Source: the human T2T-CHM13v2.0 reference genome, Homo sapiens
Assembly: GCF_009914755.1 (NCBI RefSeq)
Contig: NC_060925.1
Direction: 5' to 3' (one strand)
Length of the DNA: 64,000 nt
Of this stretch, positions 48,110 through 64,000 are shown one piece after another. Each line of letters begins with the position of its first letter. The stretch's first letter is position 1. The translations under genes and the position numbers were made by a program. The notes beneath the pieces were generated by a model that was given only the letters and a program-made list of their open reading frames with translations, did no database searches and had not been told where the DNA came from.

Positions 48110-48845
48110 AATAGTCAACACACGAAAAGATGTTTTAACTTCAGTGGTCATCTGGGACAGGCATATTAAAATGGCTATGAAATACCATTTCACACTTGCT
48201 ATATTAGCAAACATTAAACAATCTAACAGTACAAGTGTGATGAAATGATAAATAGAAACTATACCCCATTTAGAGAACAATTTGGCACCATCTAGTAGAA
48301 TTAAAACCTAGCATTGAACTCCTAGGTACACATCCCACATTGTCCCTTGAGCACGTGCATAGGGAGATATGTGTAAGATGTTTACTGCAACACTGTCTAT
48401 TATAACAAAAGTTAGAACCACCTGACTTTCAAAACAAGACTGGATAAGATGTGGTATAAATTTAATAGAATACAACGTCTGAAATAAATGAACTAGATCT
48501 ATATATGACTATATGGAGGAATTTCTAAAACACAATGTTAAGTGAAAAAAAAGCAGAACAGTGTATACTATGTGACACATATTCTTAATACAAATTTTAA
48601 AAACACACAAACCAATGCTATATTTGTTTCATAAATATATATAAACAGTATAGAAATATAAGAACATGGAGTAGAAAGATCCACACCCAATTCATGAGAT
48701 TGGTTGCCTCTTGGGAAGGAAGGGAAGGGGTGGGCTTAGGGGAGGGTACAAAGGAGATTGCATCTGTTATCATTTGTTAATTGTGATAGTAGTTTCATGA
48801 ATCTTATTTTTTGCTTTTCCATATTAAATATTTTTAAGTGAAAAG
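48110..48845 (+). mobile_element. Old L1ME-like 3' fragment
   Basis: gaaataccatttcacac, gatgtttactgcaacactg and aaaacacaatgttaagtgaaaaaaagca motifs. Confidence 0.75.
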
Positions 48846-51367
48846 ATGGTAAAGGGAAGAAGATATGCATATCTAAGAGAGAATACTATAGTTTGCTGTA
48901 TGAGAATAATGGTTCATTCTTTTTTAAAAATCAATATTCCTTTGATCAATTATGGCTGTGAATTGTGGTCCTTTAAACACAGGAGGGTGGGGTAGAGTGA
49001 GTTTTATTCAGCCTGTTTTGTTAAACTTCATGTAGAATGCTATCACAGCTTACCTTCCCTATCTGCTTATACGTGGCACCATGTCCCTCCACAGGAAATT
49101 CTTAGGTCTGATGAGATATGGCTGAGATCATAGCTGGTTCTTCTAACCTCCCTGGCATAAGCGAGTGATGAAGTTCACACCATAAGCATTAGTGAAGCTC
49201 TTGTTCAGTTATAAAAGACTAACTGTCATCCCCAGGATGTTCTCACCATCACTGAGGCTTCAGCCATGATGAGAACCTATGGTCTTACTAAGACCCTTTC
49301 ATGAGTCCAAAACATGTGGCCATTTACCAGGGCTCTCTGTCAGTTTGAGCAAGTTTTATGCAGCTCCTACTGTCAAATTTTATTTCAATTAGCCCTCACA
49401 CAGTGGCCTGGAGGTTGGGTCTCCTGAGGGTTTATGGTGATCTGGGAACTTTTGCCTTTCACCAGTTTAGGTGGGTGGGGCAAAGAGACAAACACACTGG
49501 TTTGGTCAAAGAAACCAAACCCACACTGGCCCCCACACCCTCAGGAAAACTGTTGTTGTCCATAGACAGACACTGCCCCCTAGTGTAAAGCAGATAAAGT
49601 TGTTGATCTATTAGACAGATTTTCCTCCAGGGAGGCTGTAGAGATACAGGAGGCCTCCAGAAGGGTTAAGGAGCTCCTTTGAGCCTGGATGTCTCAAGAA
49701 TTAGGACATTCCATGGAAAGCAACTAGACTGATACCTCTGCAGCACCCAAACCCCCAGCCGAATGCCTTCCAAGGCCATCCCTGGCTGTTTGACTTGTGC
49801 CTTGACAGTGAAGGTATTATCTTCCAAGATAGCACAAAAATAGTCATTAAAGTCACGAGGACAGGCAATGTGAATATGGCAGAAAGAACACTAGGCTTGA
49901 ATGTTGTGCTACTCTGCTGCAAGATGGCATTATTAGGCAATTGTTATTAGGCAAATGACCCATCAGTCTCTACTGTGCACTTGGAAATGGCTGGATCACG
50001 AAAGTTTAATTTGTTTTGCAAGTTTAGGATTTCTCAGAGTTTCCCAATGCCCAACAATTAATTGGCCTTGGGGCAGTGTTGACCCTAGGTTTCAGAATAC
50101 CAGCTTGGTTCATAACCACAATTAGAGGTTGCCTTAGAAGAAAAAGACTCTCAAATCCAAAGATGCACACAGCTCGGGACTCTCCTCTCTGACTTCTTTG
50201 ACCAAACACTCATGCAAATTGATATCTGCCTTCATGGGACATCATATAGTACTCAACAAATGGCATATGGTGATTGTAGAAAAAAGAGAAAATATAGAAA
50301 TTAATACAAATCACTAGTGATTCTACCACCCTAAAGTAAAGCATGCTCACATTTTGGTGTATAGCCTTCCAGACTCTTTATTATATAAATATTGTATATC
50401 CATCTTTTTTGCAGAAATGTGTATCATAACTGCATTTTGTCTCTCAGCAATGTTGTGAATGCGTTGCTATGCATGTAAAGGAACAACTACATATTTTTTA
50501 GTGGCTGTAGCATGGTATTTCAATATATGGCCATAGTATAATTTGCTATTCAGTTCTCTTGTGTTGCATATGTTATGCTTCCTCTTTTTCAAGTTCACAA
50601 ACCCACGCAGCCCATGGTATTGGTTCTTTCTTCTGTTCTGACCTTTACTTCTTGCCAGTTGATTGTTTATCAGTCTTCTCAAGCCCAGACTTCTCCTGAT
50701 TCCATTCATATAGTTCTACCTAGATGCTTTTTGTCCCAACTTCATGGATAAAATAGAGGTTAGCTGGTGTAAATTTTCTAAACATCGTTTCCTTTTACTT
50801 CAAAAGTTTTTTTCATCCTCACCTATCTTAAATACCTTCTCTGTTAGGGAACATGTCCAAGAGGAAGACATGTTTCTGCCCTCTTGCTAGGGATATCTTT
50901 TCACTTTTGTTTTTGATTCTATGTAATCCATCAGTTATTTCTAATCCTATCTCTTTCTGCATTCTCTGCAGAATAGCCTGCATGGTAGATATATGGAAAT
51001 TGTATTAAATAGCATTAACTCTTAATAAGTGATAGAGTTATACCCTTCTGGAGCCTTCTTTAGTTGTGTTTATCTAAGGAGAAAGTCTCATTTGGTGTTA
51101 GCACTTCTAAAAACATTTCCAAATATTTCTGTTTTAACAAAGGGAATGAGCTAGCATGAAAGAATTAGAGGAGCTTCAGTAGAAAACATTATCTAGTTGG
51201 AACTTAATATTATTCTGTTTTATTGTATTTATTCATTTTCTTTTAAAACTTCTTTTAAAATTATGAGACATTTCTGATGGAAAAATACAGAGAGTAATAT
51301 GACAAACGCACATGTACTTGCTTCCAGATTTAATAAATGCAGATATTTTGCCTTATTTGTTTAATGT

Positions 51368-51966
51368 TGTGTCAGTCATAGTTCTACTGGAGAAGCAGGA
51401 CCCCTAGGATGGAGATGTGTGTGTGTGTGTGCACGCGCACATGTGTGTGTATGTGTGTTTATGTAAGATTATATATGTATAATCGATGCATCATTCATTA
51501 TGGAGATTTGACTGTATACTGTTGCGGGAGCTCGTTCAGCAGGCCCTGTAAGGCTGTTGTCTTCGTGTGTGATGTTGGAGCTTGAAGTCTGCAGGACAGG
51601 CAGTCGAGAAGGGAAGATATGATCTGGAGCCCATCAGAAGTGACTGGAATCTGTGTCATTCTCCCTGCCTCCAACCTTGATGAAGTGGCTGCCTTTCATC
51701 ATAGAATTAAACATGTACCTGGGCAAGGAGTCAGAGCAGCTGAAGGAGGATCCATGGGAAGGTGGAGTGGTTGCAGCCTCGTGACTGTGCCACGCCAATG
51801 AGGTGGACCAGCACATAAGTGGTAAGCTATGTGAGGCACTAAGGCACCTGCCCCAACCTGGGCATAAAATGCAAAAACAGCTGCTCTTTCACTTTCACCC
51901 CTCTCCCAAATCTAGCCTGAAAATGTCTCCTGTGGCCCACCTTAAATAAAAACATACTAGCTAACA
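51368..51966 (-). mobile_element. ERVL-type LTR (LTR41/LTR40-like) containing an APOA4-like segment
   Basis: tgtcagtc start, gtaaggctgttgtcttcg...gatgttggagcttgaagtc and ctcctgtggcccacc motifs, aaca end. Family assigned from memory. Confidence 0.65.
51673..51850 (+). pseudogene. Decayed APOA4-like coding fragment embedded in an LTR
   Basis: Frame from 51689 reads LPFIIELNMYLGKESEQLKED...HANEVDQHISGKLCE, versus recalled APOA4 [21 protein letters not shown]...[15 protein letters not shown]. Internal TGA at 51782. Confidence 0.8.
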
Positions 51967-52458
51967 CTTGGCATTCTAACATTGTGCATATTTTTGTAGT
52001 TCCACCTGCCAAGTGATGTCTGAATTGATATAAAATTCTATTTTATGTTAATTTACTAAAATTAAAACATTTGAATTGATTTTAAAGAAGACTATTGAGT
52101 AAATACTAGCAGACAGAAAATGGGCATGTGAAAACTAGCAAGGGGTACTCAGATGACTGAAGTTAGGGAAAAGCTGAGCTAGCCATATAATTCTTCCCAG
52201 TTATGTAAAGATATATTCTTTACTTTCCTGACTCTGATTGGGCTATTGCTTTACCAAATAATTTCTTTTCCTGAGTTTTGTTTTCATTAACTCCTTAGCA
52301 GCCTTTACTACCTGCTCAAGTATCATATTAACAACCTTTTCCTGATTCTCCTAGGTGGAATTCACATCTCCATTCTTTGTGCTCTCGTGAACTTCATTCC
52401 CAGTATGGCTAATATAGCATTCATCACAATCCACCTTGTATTTACAGCTTTGGATATA

Positions 52459-53457
52459 CAGTCATGCCCCACATAACAATGTTTCTGTCAATAATCACAT
52501 ATGCGACACTGGGCCCATAAGATCATAATGGAGCTGAAAAATTCCTATTGCCTAGTATTTCCTGTGCTATATTTTTAATTGTTATTTTAGAGTGTACTCC
52601 TTCTACTTGCAAAAAAAAGTTAACTGTAAACCAGCCTCAGGCAGATTCTTCGGGAGACAGTCCAGAAGAAGGCATGGTGTGATAGGAGATGAGGGTTCCA
52701 TGTCTTCAGGATGTTGTTTTCCTGAAGACCTTCCATTGGGACAAGATGTGGAGGCAGAGACAGTGGTATTGATCCTGACTCTGTGTGGGTCTAGGCTAAT
52801 GTGTGTGTGTCTTAGGTTTTAACAAATAAGTTCAAAAAATTTTTAAAAATAGAAAAAAGCTTATAGAATAAGGATATAAAGAAAGAAAATATTTTTGTAC
52901 AGCTATATAATGTGTTTGTGTTTTTAGCTCTGTTACTACAAAAGAGTCAAAGAGTTAAAACATTTTAAGTTTAAAAAGTAGAAAAGCTACAGTAAGTTTA
53001 ATTATTATTGGAGAAATAATTAAAAAAATAAATTTAGCCTAACTGTACATTGTTTACAAAGTCTACTGTAGTGTCCTAGGCCTTCACATCCATTCACTCC
53101 TCATTCAGTGACTCACGCAGGGCAACTTCCAGTCCCGCAGGCTCCGTTCATGGTAAGTGTCCTTTACAGGTGTACCATTTAAAAAATCTTTTATTGTATA
53201 TTTTCTATGTTAGGTATGTTTAGAAATACAGATACTCACCATTGTGTTGTAGTTACCAACAATATTCAGTATAGTAACATGCCTTACAGATTTGTAGCCT
53301 AGGAGGAATAGGCTATGCCATATAGCCTAGGTGTATGGGAGGTTATAGATCTAGGTTTGTGTAAGTGCACTCTGACGTTTGCACAATGATGGACTCGCCT
53401 AAGGACACATTTCTCAGAACGTTTCCCAGTTGTTGAGTGATGCATGACATATGACTG
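52459..53457 (+). mobile_element. Tigger3(b)-like TcMar DNA transposon
   Basis: TA|cagtcatg start, ...atgactg end, and typical Tigger3 internal sequence. Confidence 0.9.
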
Positions 53458-53657
53458 TTCGTTGTCCTCATTTGAATGCATGTGCCTTGAAGGAAAAGAC
53501 TACTTTTTATCCATTTTATCATCTGAGGTGCATAATATAATGTGTTGCAAAGTTTTGGTGCTTGTTACAATTTTGTTTTTTTTTTAAAATTAAACCATTG
53601 AAGAAGAAGGGATGGTCAGCTGGTGGTGTTACCATTTTACTTGAAAAAGAGAGAGAA

Positions 53658-53955
53658 GGCCGGGCGCGGTGGCTCATGCCTGTAATCCCAGCACTTTGGC
53701 AGGCCGAGACAGGTGGATCACAATGTCAGGAGTTCAAGACCAGCCTGGCCAAGATGGTGAAACCCTGTCTCTACTAAAAATACAAAAATTAGCTGGGTGT
53801 GGTGGCGGGTGCCTGTAATCCCAGCTACTCGGGAGGCTGAGGCAGAGAATTGCTTGAACCCGGGAGGCAGAGGTTACAGTGAGCTGAGATCGCGCCACTG
53901 TACTCCAGCCTGCGTGACAGAGCGAGACTCCATCTCAAAAAAAAAAAAAAAAAAA
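53658..53955 (+). mobile_element. Alu (AluSg-group)
   Basis: Dimeric Alu; TSD aaaagagagagaa. Confidence 0.94.
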
Positions 53956-53999
53956 GAGAGAGAAACAGATGCGATTAAATACTTTGTTCAGAATTTTTT

Positions 54000-54135
54000 T
54001 TAAATTTATTTTTAAATCGAGGTGGAGTCTCACTATGTTGCCCAGGCTGGTCTTGAACTCCTGGACTCAAGTGATCCTCCTGCCTTGGCTCCCTAAAATG
54101 CTGGGATTATAGGCATGAGCCACCACACCTGGCCT
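54000..54135 (-). mobile_element. Alu monomer (FLAM_C-like)
   Basis: Left monomer only. Confidence 0.85.
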
Positions 54136-55151
54136 AGTCTTAATTAGTGATTGGAGCAAAAATTAGCTAACAGAGTTACTAGTTTTTTTTTCATCTTTTT
54201 TTTTGGTTATACCATTATGCAAGGAGTTAGTTAAAAAATGTATTTGATAGACTATACATATTTGATATATATATGAGATAGACTTTTATGTATATAGCAG
54301 TGTGTTGGGTTCTTTAGAGGGAAATAGCAGTATAAATTAGGGTTTCTTTCCTTCAGGAGGTGACAAATCATTGAAAATTAGAGTTGAACTATTATCTACA
54401 CATTATATAATGATACAAAGCAATATTTCCCCCGTAAATAATACAGCCAACTAATGCTTTGGAAATTAAGAAGGGAGACGGTGTGGTCTAGAGTGATTTG
54501 TTGAAGCCGTCAGAGAGATATCTGAGCTTGAGCTGAACTTTGAAGCTTGGATTTAGGGAGAAATGGGAAGGTCATTTCAGGTAGAAAAACATAAAACTGG
54601 AATAAGTGTGGAAGAGGGAATAACTTATGCCCTTGCTACACAGAGTATGGTTGTTGGTTGTTGCAGCTTATTGGAAATGCAGACTCTTACCCCCACCCCA
54701 GACTTAGGGAGTCACATTAAATTTGGGAAGCACTAATATATGCTATTTGTACAGTGCTATGCAATTCACTGTTGACTATGGAGGAATCCCACTTGACACT
54801 GAAGATGGGTTAATATGATATTAATGACTTGGATAAAGATGTACCATTAGCGTCTGGTCTTAACTGGAAGAAAACGAAACAGAGAGGTTTGGATTTGCTC
54901 AAGGTTTAATTAGAGCTGAGGTTCAGACTTGGATAACAGATTCCACTGCTTTCACACCACACAGTGAATAAGTCATGTTAGGGGAATTGAATAGGCTGGT
55001 AGAGGAAGCTTGAATGCAGATTAGTTAGCACCTGGACCATGTGGTGGAGGATCTGGAATGCTAGAAAACTTATCATTTATCCATTAATACGTTTTGACTG
55101 GAAGAGTTTCATGAGGAGTTTCAGGGAGATTGATCTGGTGTCATAATGTAG

Positions 55152-55447
<296 letters not shown>

Positions 55448-56483
55448 AATGTAGATAGATTAAAATGAGGAAGAAACAGTATTTAGAGGCACCAGTTACT
55501 CCGGGTGTGTTAGTGTGTCTCAAATTTTACACACAAAAAAATAGCTAGTATTAGTAAGTCAACCAACAAATATTTATTGAATACCCACTTTGTGCTGGAC
55601 ACTGGGCATATAATCCTGTCTTCATGATTATGGTCTTGCTTATGTAATGCTTTTGATTGAGTCAATTAGGTAACTGAGTACTAAATGCATAAAAAAACTA
55701 AAGGTAATGGCAACAATAAAATAATCTTTGATTCCTCCCCTCCCTTTATTTTCTCCGAAAAAAGCTCTGGCCCCAAAGTTAAGTGGTTCTCGTTCTCATC
55801 CTGGTTTTGCAATTAGTGTTTTATATAACATTGAACAATTTACTTAATCGTTCTGTATCTCATTTTTCCTACTTAAAAAAATAAACATTGTACTGAACCA
55901 TGACTTCACAGCACAAGGTATTGTGATGAGATAATTTATAGGAGACTTTTTTGGTTTCCTGAGAAGTATTATAAGAGCTCTTAATGGTGTTAATATGAAA
56001 TTACTTTAAAAACCTTCACTTCTTGAAACTTTAAAAATTTCAATCCCCTAGTGCATTTTAGTCATTTTTCTAATTATAATTACATTGAAAGGGGGAAAAA
56101 AATCCAGCCATCTGTGGCACTTGTTCTCCTTCCCTAGAGGTAGAGCTAGAGAAGATAATGATTTATTTGAGATGTTGTTATTCCCACTCTGGTAGACAAT
56201 GGATAGTGGTTGCTGTTTGTGGCTTTAAGGCCCATCTGCTGATGGGTGCAATTTTATTAGGCAAAAATATGTGGGTGAAGGTGTGCATGGTAGTTGTAGA
56301 TAACAGTGGAGAGAAGAACGAGCGAATATTTTTGTTTTTTGGGGGGGAAAGGAATACTATGTGAGCTGTGTGAATTTGTCACAGCCAAAGATAGCAAACC
56401 AAAGAGAACCACCCCCATATTCTATGTGTAGGTGATTCTTCCCCATGGCTAGTTAATGCTAAGCCATCTTTGACTTTCTATGA

Positions 56484-56830
<347 letters not shown>

Positions 56831-57457
56831 TAGTATTAATCTGAATGCAGTGTTTAAGCATTGCCTCTCTGAGCTAATTTCTCATAGTACCCCTTTCATA
56901 GCATTTATGAAACAGTATCATTACTGCTTGCCTCTTCTGGCTCCCTTATGGTTAGCAAAAGTAAGCATGACTATGGGTATTGGAGGAGACAAAAAGGCTA
57001 ACACCGTTTTATTGAGGCTGGCACTGCATAGAAGAGTTGCAAGTTTCTGACTCTTCTGGTGGCATAAAGCTGTGGACCTGTGTGTTCTGTGAGGGCCTTG
57101 GATGTGTGTGTGTGTGTGTGTGTTTGTGTGGGTGTGTGTGCATGTGCAGGAGGTGGGTGAGGAAGACATTGTGAAGAGTGGGAGGAGAACAGAGAAGATG
57201 AGAAAAGTGGAAAGTGCTTATTCTGCCTGCAGGTTGCTAGAAAGAAAACTGGTTAATACTGATTAATACAGATAATACTGATTAGGTAGATTTCACTATT
57301 CCCTACATTATGAATAAGGGTATATAGCAACATCACTTTATTTTTGAGTTGTTTTCTCCAAACTGGCTTTATTGAGAATGGTGTCCTTCATAATGGACCA
57401 TGCCTCAGATTAGAGGACCCTTTGGAGCATTTCTTCTTTTATCTGTAAGGTTGCTTA

Positions 57458-57806
<349 letters not shown>

Positions 57807-57889
57807 TCAAAAGAAACTTTGAATAGTGCCTCGCACATAGTTAGCATTATAAAGGCATGTGCTATTATTGGTATTCCATCCTGGTCATT

Positions 57890-58320
57890 TATTCATTCAC
57901 ATGTTGAGTGTGTAGGCCCTGGGTTATTTGCTTTGGAAGCTCAAAGGTGAATCAGACTTAGATCCTGCCTTTAAGGAGAGTATATTTCAATAGAACAAAA
58001 TAAAATAAGCAAATACATAAATATAATACAGTGAAGGAAATGGTTCATGCTCTCAAAAGTCTAGATGGAGCTTTAGGAGTGAGCAGCAAGAAACAGGAGA
58101 GGACTTCTGGAGGGCTTGGAGACACAAGCAAGACAGTAAGGAAGTCTTCATGGAGGAGGTGATATCTGTGTTGCGTCTTGGAGGATGGGGAAAGCTCAAA
58201 CATTTGCAGCAGGAGAAAGTGCCTTCCAGGCGAAGCGAATGGTATGAATAAAGGTAGGAAAGGGTACATTTAGAAAACATGACGAGTTTGCTTTGCCTAA
58301 TTGAAGGCTGTGCATTCACT
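57890..58320 (-). mobile_element. L2 fragment
   Basis: tattcattcac tail, gatcctgcctttaaggag and gtcttcatggaggaggtgatatctg. Confidence 0.65.
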
Positions 58321-58709
58321 AGAACGTGTGTTTCGAGTCCTCTCCTCCCGAGTTCCCTTGCCCCATGTTTTTCATTGCTTTATACCCATCAATTAAATTT
58401 CAGCAGAGTATAATAATCAGGGGCAGTTACTAAATGGGTGTAAGTGGCTTTGTAATTATAGCTGCTGCTAAATGTGTAATCTATCTGTTCTTATAATTAG
58501 TAAGGTTTTTATTTTTATAAGCTGATTACCTCCTATTCGAAAACTTCTGTAACAGTATGCAAATAGGAGCCAGGAAACATATAAGTCTAGGAACTTACTT
58601 TCCCTTGCCCTGTATAATAAATCACCCAGCATCCTGACCCATGGCAGCTTTGTACCTCTCCAGAGAGGCCCACCATTGATGGACTCAAAGTAGATTGAGA
58701 ATGCCTTAG

Positions 58710-59030
<321 letters not shown>

Positions 59031-59287
59031 AGCGATGATTAAAGGTATTTTAAGACATCAAGTTCTAAGTTAATAGGGATAGTTTATTTAGATTGTCTTA
59101 CTCTGGAGCAGACTAATTATGTGTTTTCTTAATAAATGTTAAACTTGAAATAATCGTCCAACAATGGGAGTTAATACTAAAAATCCATAGCACAAAAAGA
59201 TTGCAATAGGGCTTGACTTATAAACCCAATTTCAAGTAGCTGTAAAGCCCAGAACAATCAGTGACAAATGGCATATATGTTTAATAA

Positions 59288-59345
59288 ATATTTCTTGAAT
59301 GAATGTGTGAAGTATATTTCTTGAATGAATGCGTGAAGTATATTT
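59288..59345. repeat. 26-bp tandem duplication (tatttcttgaatgaatgYgtgaagta x2)
   Basis: Directly visible, one mismatch. Confidence 0.9.
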
Positions 59346-59724
59346 TCTTTGCAGGGGGACAACTATGGTTAGATCAAACCAAGACTAGGTACAACTCAGG
59401 GTTACAAAATGAATATCTATAGCTGGGACTTTGAATTTCTTAAAATCTTATTATGAACTGTATATCATATTTTAAAATAGTGCCTACTCTAGTACATATT
59501 ATGCTTACCTGCTTTAGTAAAACAATACAATATATATTGTTTTCTGAGACAATTATACTACAGAAAGTCTCTTGTTTAGATCATGAATCCAAGGTCAAGA
59601 TGCTCCTAGCCCCCTAGTGAATGCTTATCTGACCTGAAGATATAGTGTTGAAGAGATAATAGCTGGAATGTTACTCTTTTAAATCAGAGCAAATAATGTT
59701 TTCCCTGCCCTTCTACTTTTGAAC

Positions 59725-59750
59725 CATATAAGCATATAAGCATATAAGCA
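59725..59750. repeat. (CATATAAG)3 tandem repeat
   Basis: Directly visible. Confidence 0.9.
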
Positions 59751-59979
59751 GTGTCTTTAGCATCAGAAATATCTCAAAGAAAGAAAAACCTCTGAAAAAG
59801 TATAAAGTGTTTTACAAGTGGGATTGCCAATGATTCTGTTCGTGGTAGATCACAAAGGTTCTTTTTCATGTTTTTTTCCTTTGTTTCTGATGTGGCTTAT
59901 ATCTGTAGCTCATAAAAATACAAAAGCAAGACACTGATCTTTCAAGGTTTGCAAGCCTGCTAAGTGTCTTCAACATTGA

Positions 59980-60261
<282 letters not shown>

Positions 60262-60602
60262 TAAATAAATGTCTCTCTTTGTCCACATAGAGCTACTCTT
60301 TTTGTCTTGCTGATTTAAATATCAGCCACATTTTCAAATAACTTTCTAGTAAATTTAAAAGTTAAAGGTTTTAATGTATCAAAGGAGAACATTCTATGAG
60401 AACACATTCCTTTTCCTCTTACTACACGTGGGAGAAGCTTGAATCTTTCCAAACTAGTTAGATGAAAAGATACAAACTCCAAAAGAACAGTATGTTGATT
60501 ATGATGTCCTTTTAAAAAGTGAATTAAAACTTTAATCTCTCTTTATTAAATATGCAAAAATTAACACAGGGAAATGTAACGATTCATATATAACACCCAT
60601 AG

Positions 60603-60919
<317 letters not shown>

Positions 60920-61403
60920 TATAGTTCATTTTTAAGTCAAGTCCTGTGTGTAGACCATATGGGGCACCTTGACTATACAATGTAAAAGACAGTACCACTT
61001 AGTATGGTCAGGAAGCCTTACTTTCAAGGGGGCTTTGCTGGCCAGAGAGAAGTTTCTGGTCCTTCTGAGCCAGCCAGAGGTAAAGAATCTGAGGGTAGAT
61101 GGTCTGGTGAAGAGAAACCCTGGATGGGGGCAGATCTCATGGTCAGCTGGAAGGCACTGGTGTTGGTTGTTAAAATGTAGAAATACTCTCCTTTCCTTTG
61201 CCTGCTCCTCTGAAGCTACCCATGTGTCTGTTGACACTGTTGACACCCTGGCCCCATCCTTGGACCCTGTGATCCAGTTAATGGGGTAAATGGGTGGTAC
61301 AACAGGGGGCCTCTGGGACCCTTGCCAGCTCTCACTTCTGGTTGCCATGCTAGTTAGCTCTCCCAAAATTCCTTAACCACTCCTTCCTGGAAGCCACTCT
61401 CCT

Positions 61404-61420
61404 GTGTGTGTGAGTGTGTG

Positions 61421-61458
<38 letters not shown>

Positions 61459-61474
61459 TGTCTGTCTGTCTGTA
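61404..61474. repeat. (TG)n followed by (TCTG)n microsatellite
   Basis: Directly visible. Confidence 0.95.
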
Positions 61475-62162
61475 TATATGTCTGCACCATGGCCTAGCCA
61501 GCCTTACCTGTTGCTGACTATTTTGATAATCCTGCTTTGGATGAGGCATACTAAAAAAAGGGGAGACATGCCAAGGATGATGTTTTCTTGGCCTTTTCTT
61601 AGGAGTCCTCCGTGGAGTGCCCCACTCCTAAAAGTTACTATACTAACTTTTTGAGGGACCACCAAAGCAGCATTTCTGATTGCAATTCCTGACGTTACTC
61701 TTCACTTAGAAACCTCCAATGATTCTCCCACAGCACACAGAACACAGTAGAGACCCTATGAGTTACATTCAGGACCTCTCACACTTCGTAGCTTGGTCCA
61801 GGTGTACTTTTCCAGCCCCACTCTGCACTTTACCCTGCTCTCACCCCTATGGAAATATTTACTATTTCCCACACATGACCCAAGCTCTCAGCATAACCTA
61901 TTACTGTCAGGAAAGCCCTCACCGCTTGCCCTGGCTTCCACCTGGTGAAATCCTTATCTACCCTCTAAGGCTCACTTTCAGTGTCACCTTCCCCGTGAGT
62001 CTTCCCAGCCAACTCCCCAGGAGAAAATACGCTTTTGTTCCTGTTCCAGTACTAATTTATTTGCACGTATGTTACAGACTGTTGTTTGTGGTTCAGCTCT
62101 AAAAGTTCTTTGAGGTCAGAAACCATGTTTTGGTCATCTTTGTATTTCCGTGGCCTATAGCA

Positions 62163-62216
62163 ACCACCAGCCCCACCACCACCACCACCACCACTACCAC
62201 CACCATTGCTACCACT
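62163..62216. repeat. Imperfect (CCA)n repeat
   Basis: Directly visible. Confidence 0.85.
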
Positions 62217-62229
62217 CCTAACCTATGAA

Positions 62230-62450
62230 AATAACAAACAGCTTTGTTTAATGATTATGATATGCCAGGGATTGTGATATATGTAAAATTTAATTATCAA
62301 AGTAATTCTATGAGGTAGGAATCATTTCCCCCATTTTACAGATTTAAAAAATGGAGACCCCTTGAGGTCAGTGTTAGCTAATAATGGCAGAGCTGAGATT
62401 TGAAGCTAAATTTGTCTTAACTCAGAAGCCTGTGCTCTTAATTATTGTGC
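62230..62450 (-). mobile_element. MIR
   Basis: ctatgaggtagg...ccccattttacagat and tggcagagctgagatttgaa. Confidence 0.75.
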
Positions 62451-62534
62451 TTTTTAGGAATATATCCAATCCAAATTGGCATATATATCTCTTAGGTTCT
62501 TTTTGGTGAGTAATTATAGCCAAATACTTTTTAA

Positions 62535-64000
<1,466 letters not shown>

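Overview
Human (or very closely related primate) genomic DNA holding the 5' end of SLC22A15, an SLC22-family zwitterion/organic-ion transporter. Its CpG-island promoter lies at about 44.1-45.0 kb, coding exon 1 at 44619-44705, a 15.3-kb intron follows, and coding exon 2 is at 60025-60237; together they encode the first 100 aa on the + strand. The 44 kb upstream is repeat-rich intergenic DNA. The window as a whole has about 29 Alus plus 3 monomers, a near full-length L1PB1-like element with target-site duplications (TSDs) at 29661-36114, old L1M/L2/MIR fragments, MaLR and ERVL LTRs, an ERVL integrase fossil, and hAT/Tigger DNA transposons. Almost all ORFs in the supplied track are Alu/L1 or GC-content artefacts. 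Top observations: (1) an ERVL-type LTR in intron 1 carries a decayed but readable fragment of apolipoprotein A-IV (APOA4)-like coding sequence, suggesting host-gene capture by a retroelement; (2) the L1PB 5'UTR has a junction that looks like a spliced-out intron; (3) an in-frame CUG in near-perfect Kozak context could give SLC22A15 a 21-aa N-terminal extension; (4) PU.1/ETS and ATF4-C/EBP-type motifs lie around the promoter; (5) there is a three-level LTR nesting with readable TSDs. Repeat subfamily names come from recalled consensus sequences, not from a search, and boundaries without TSDs are approximate.
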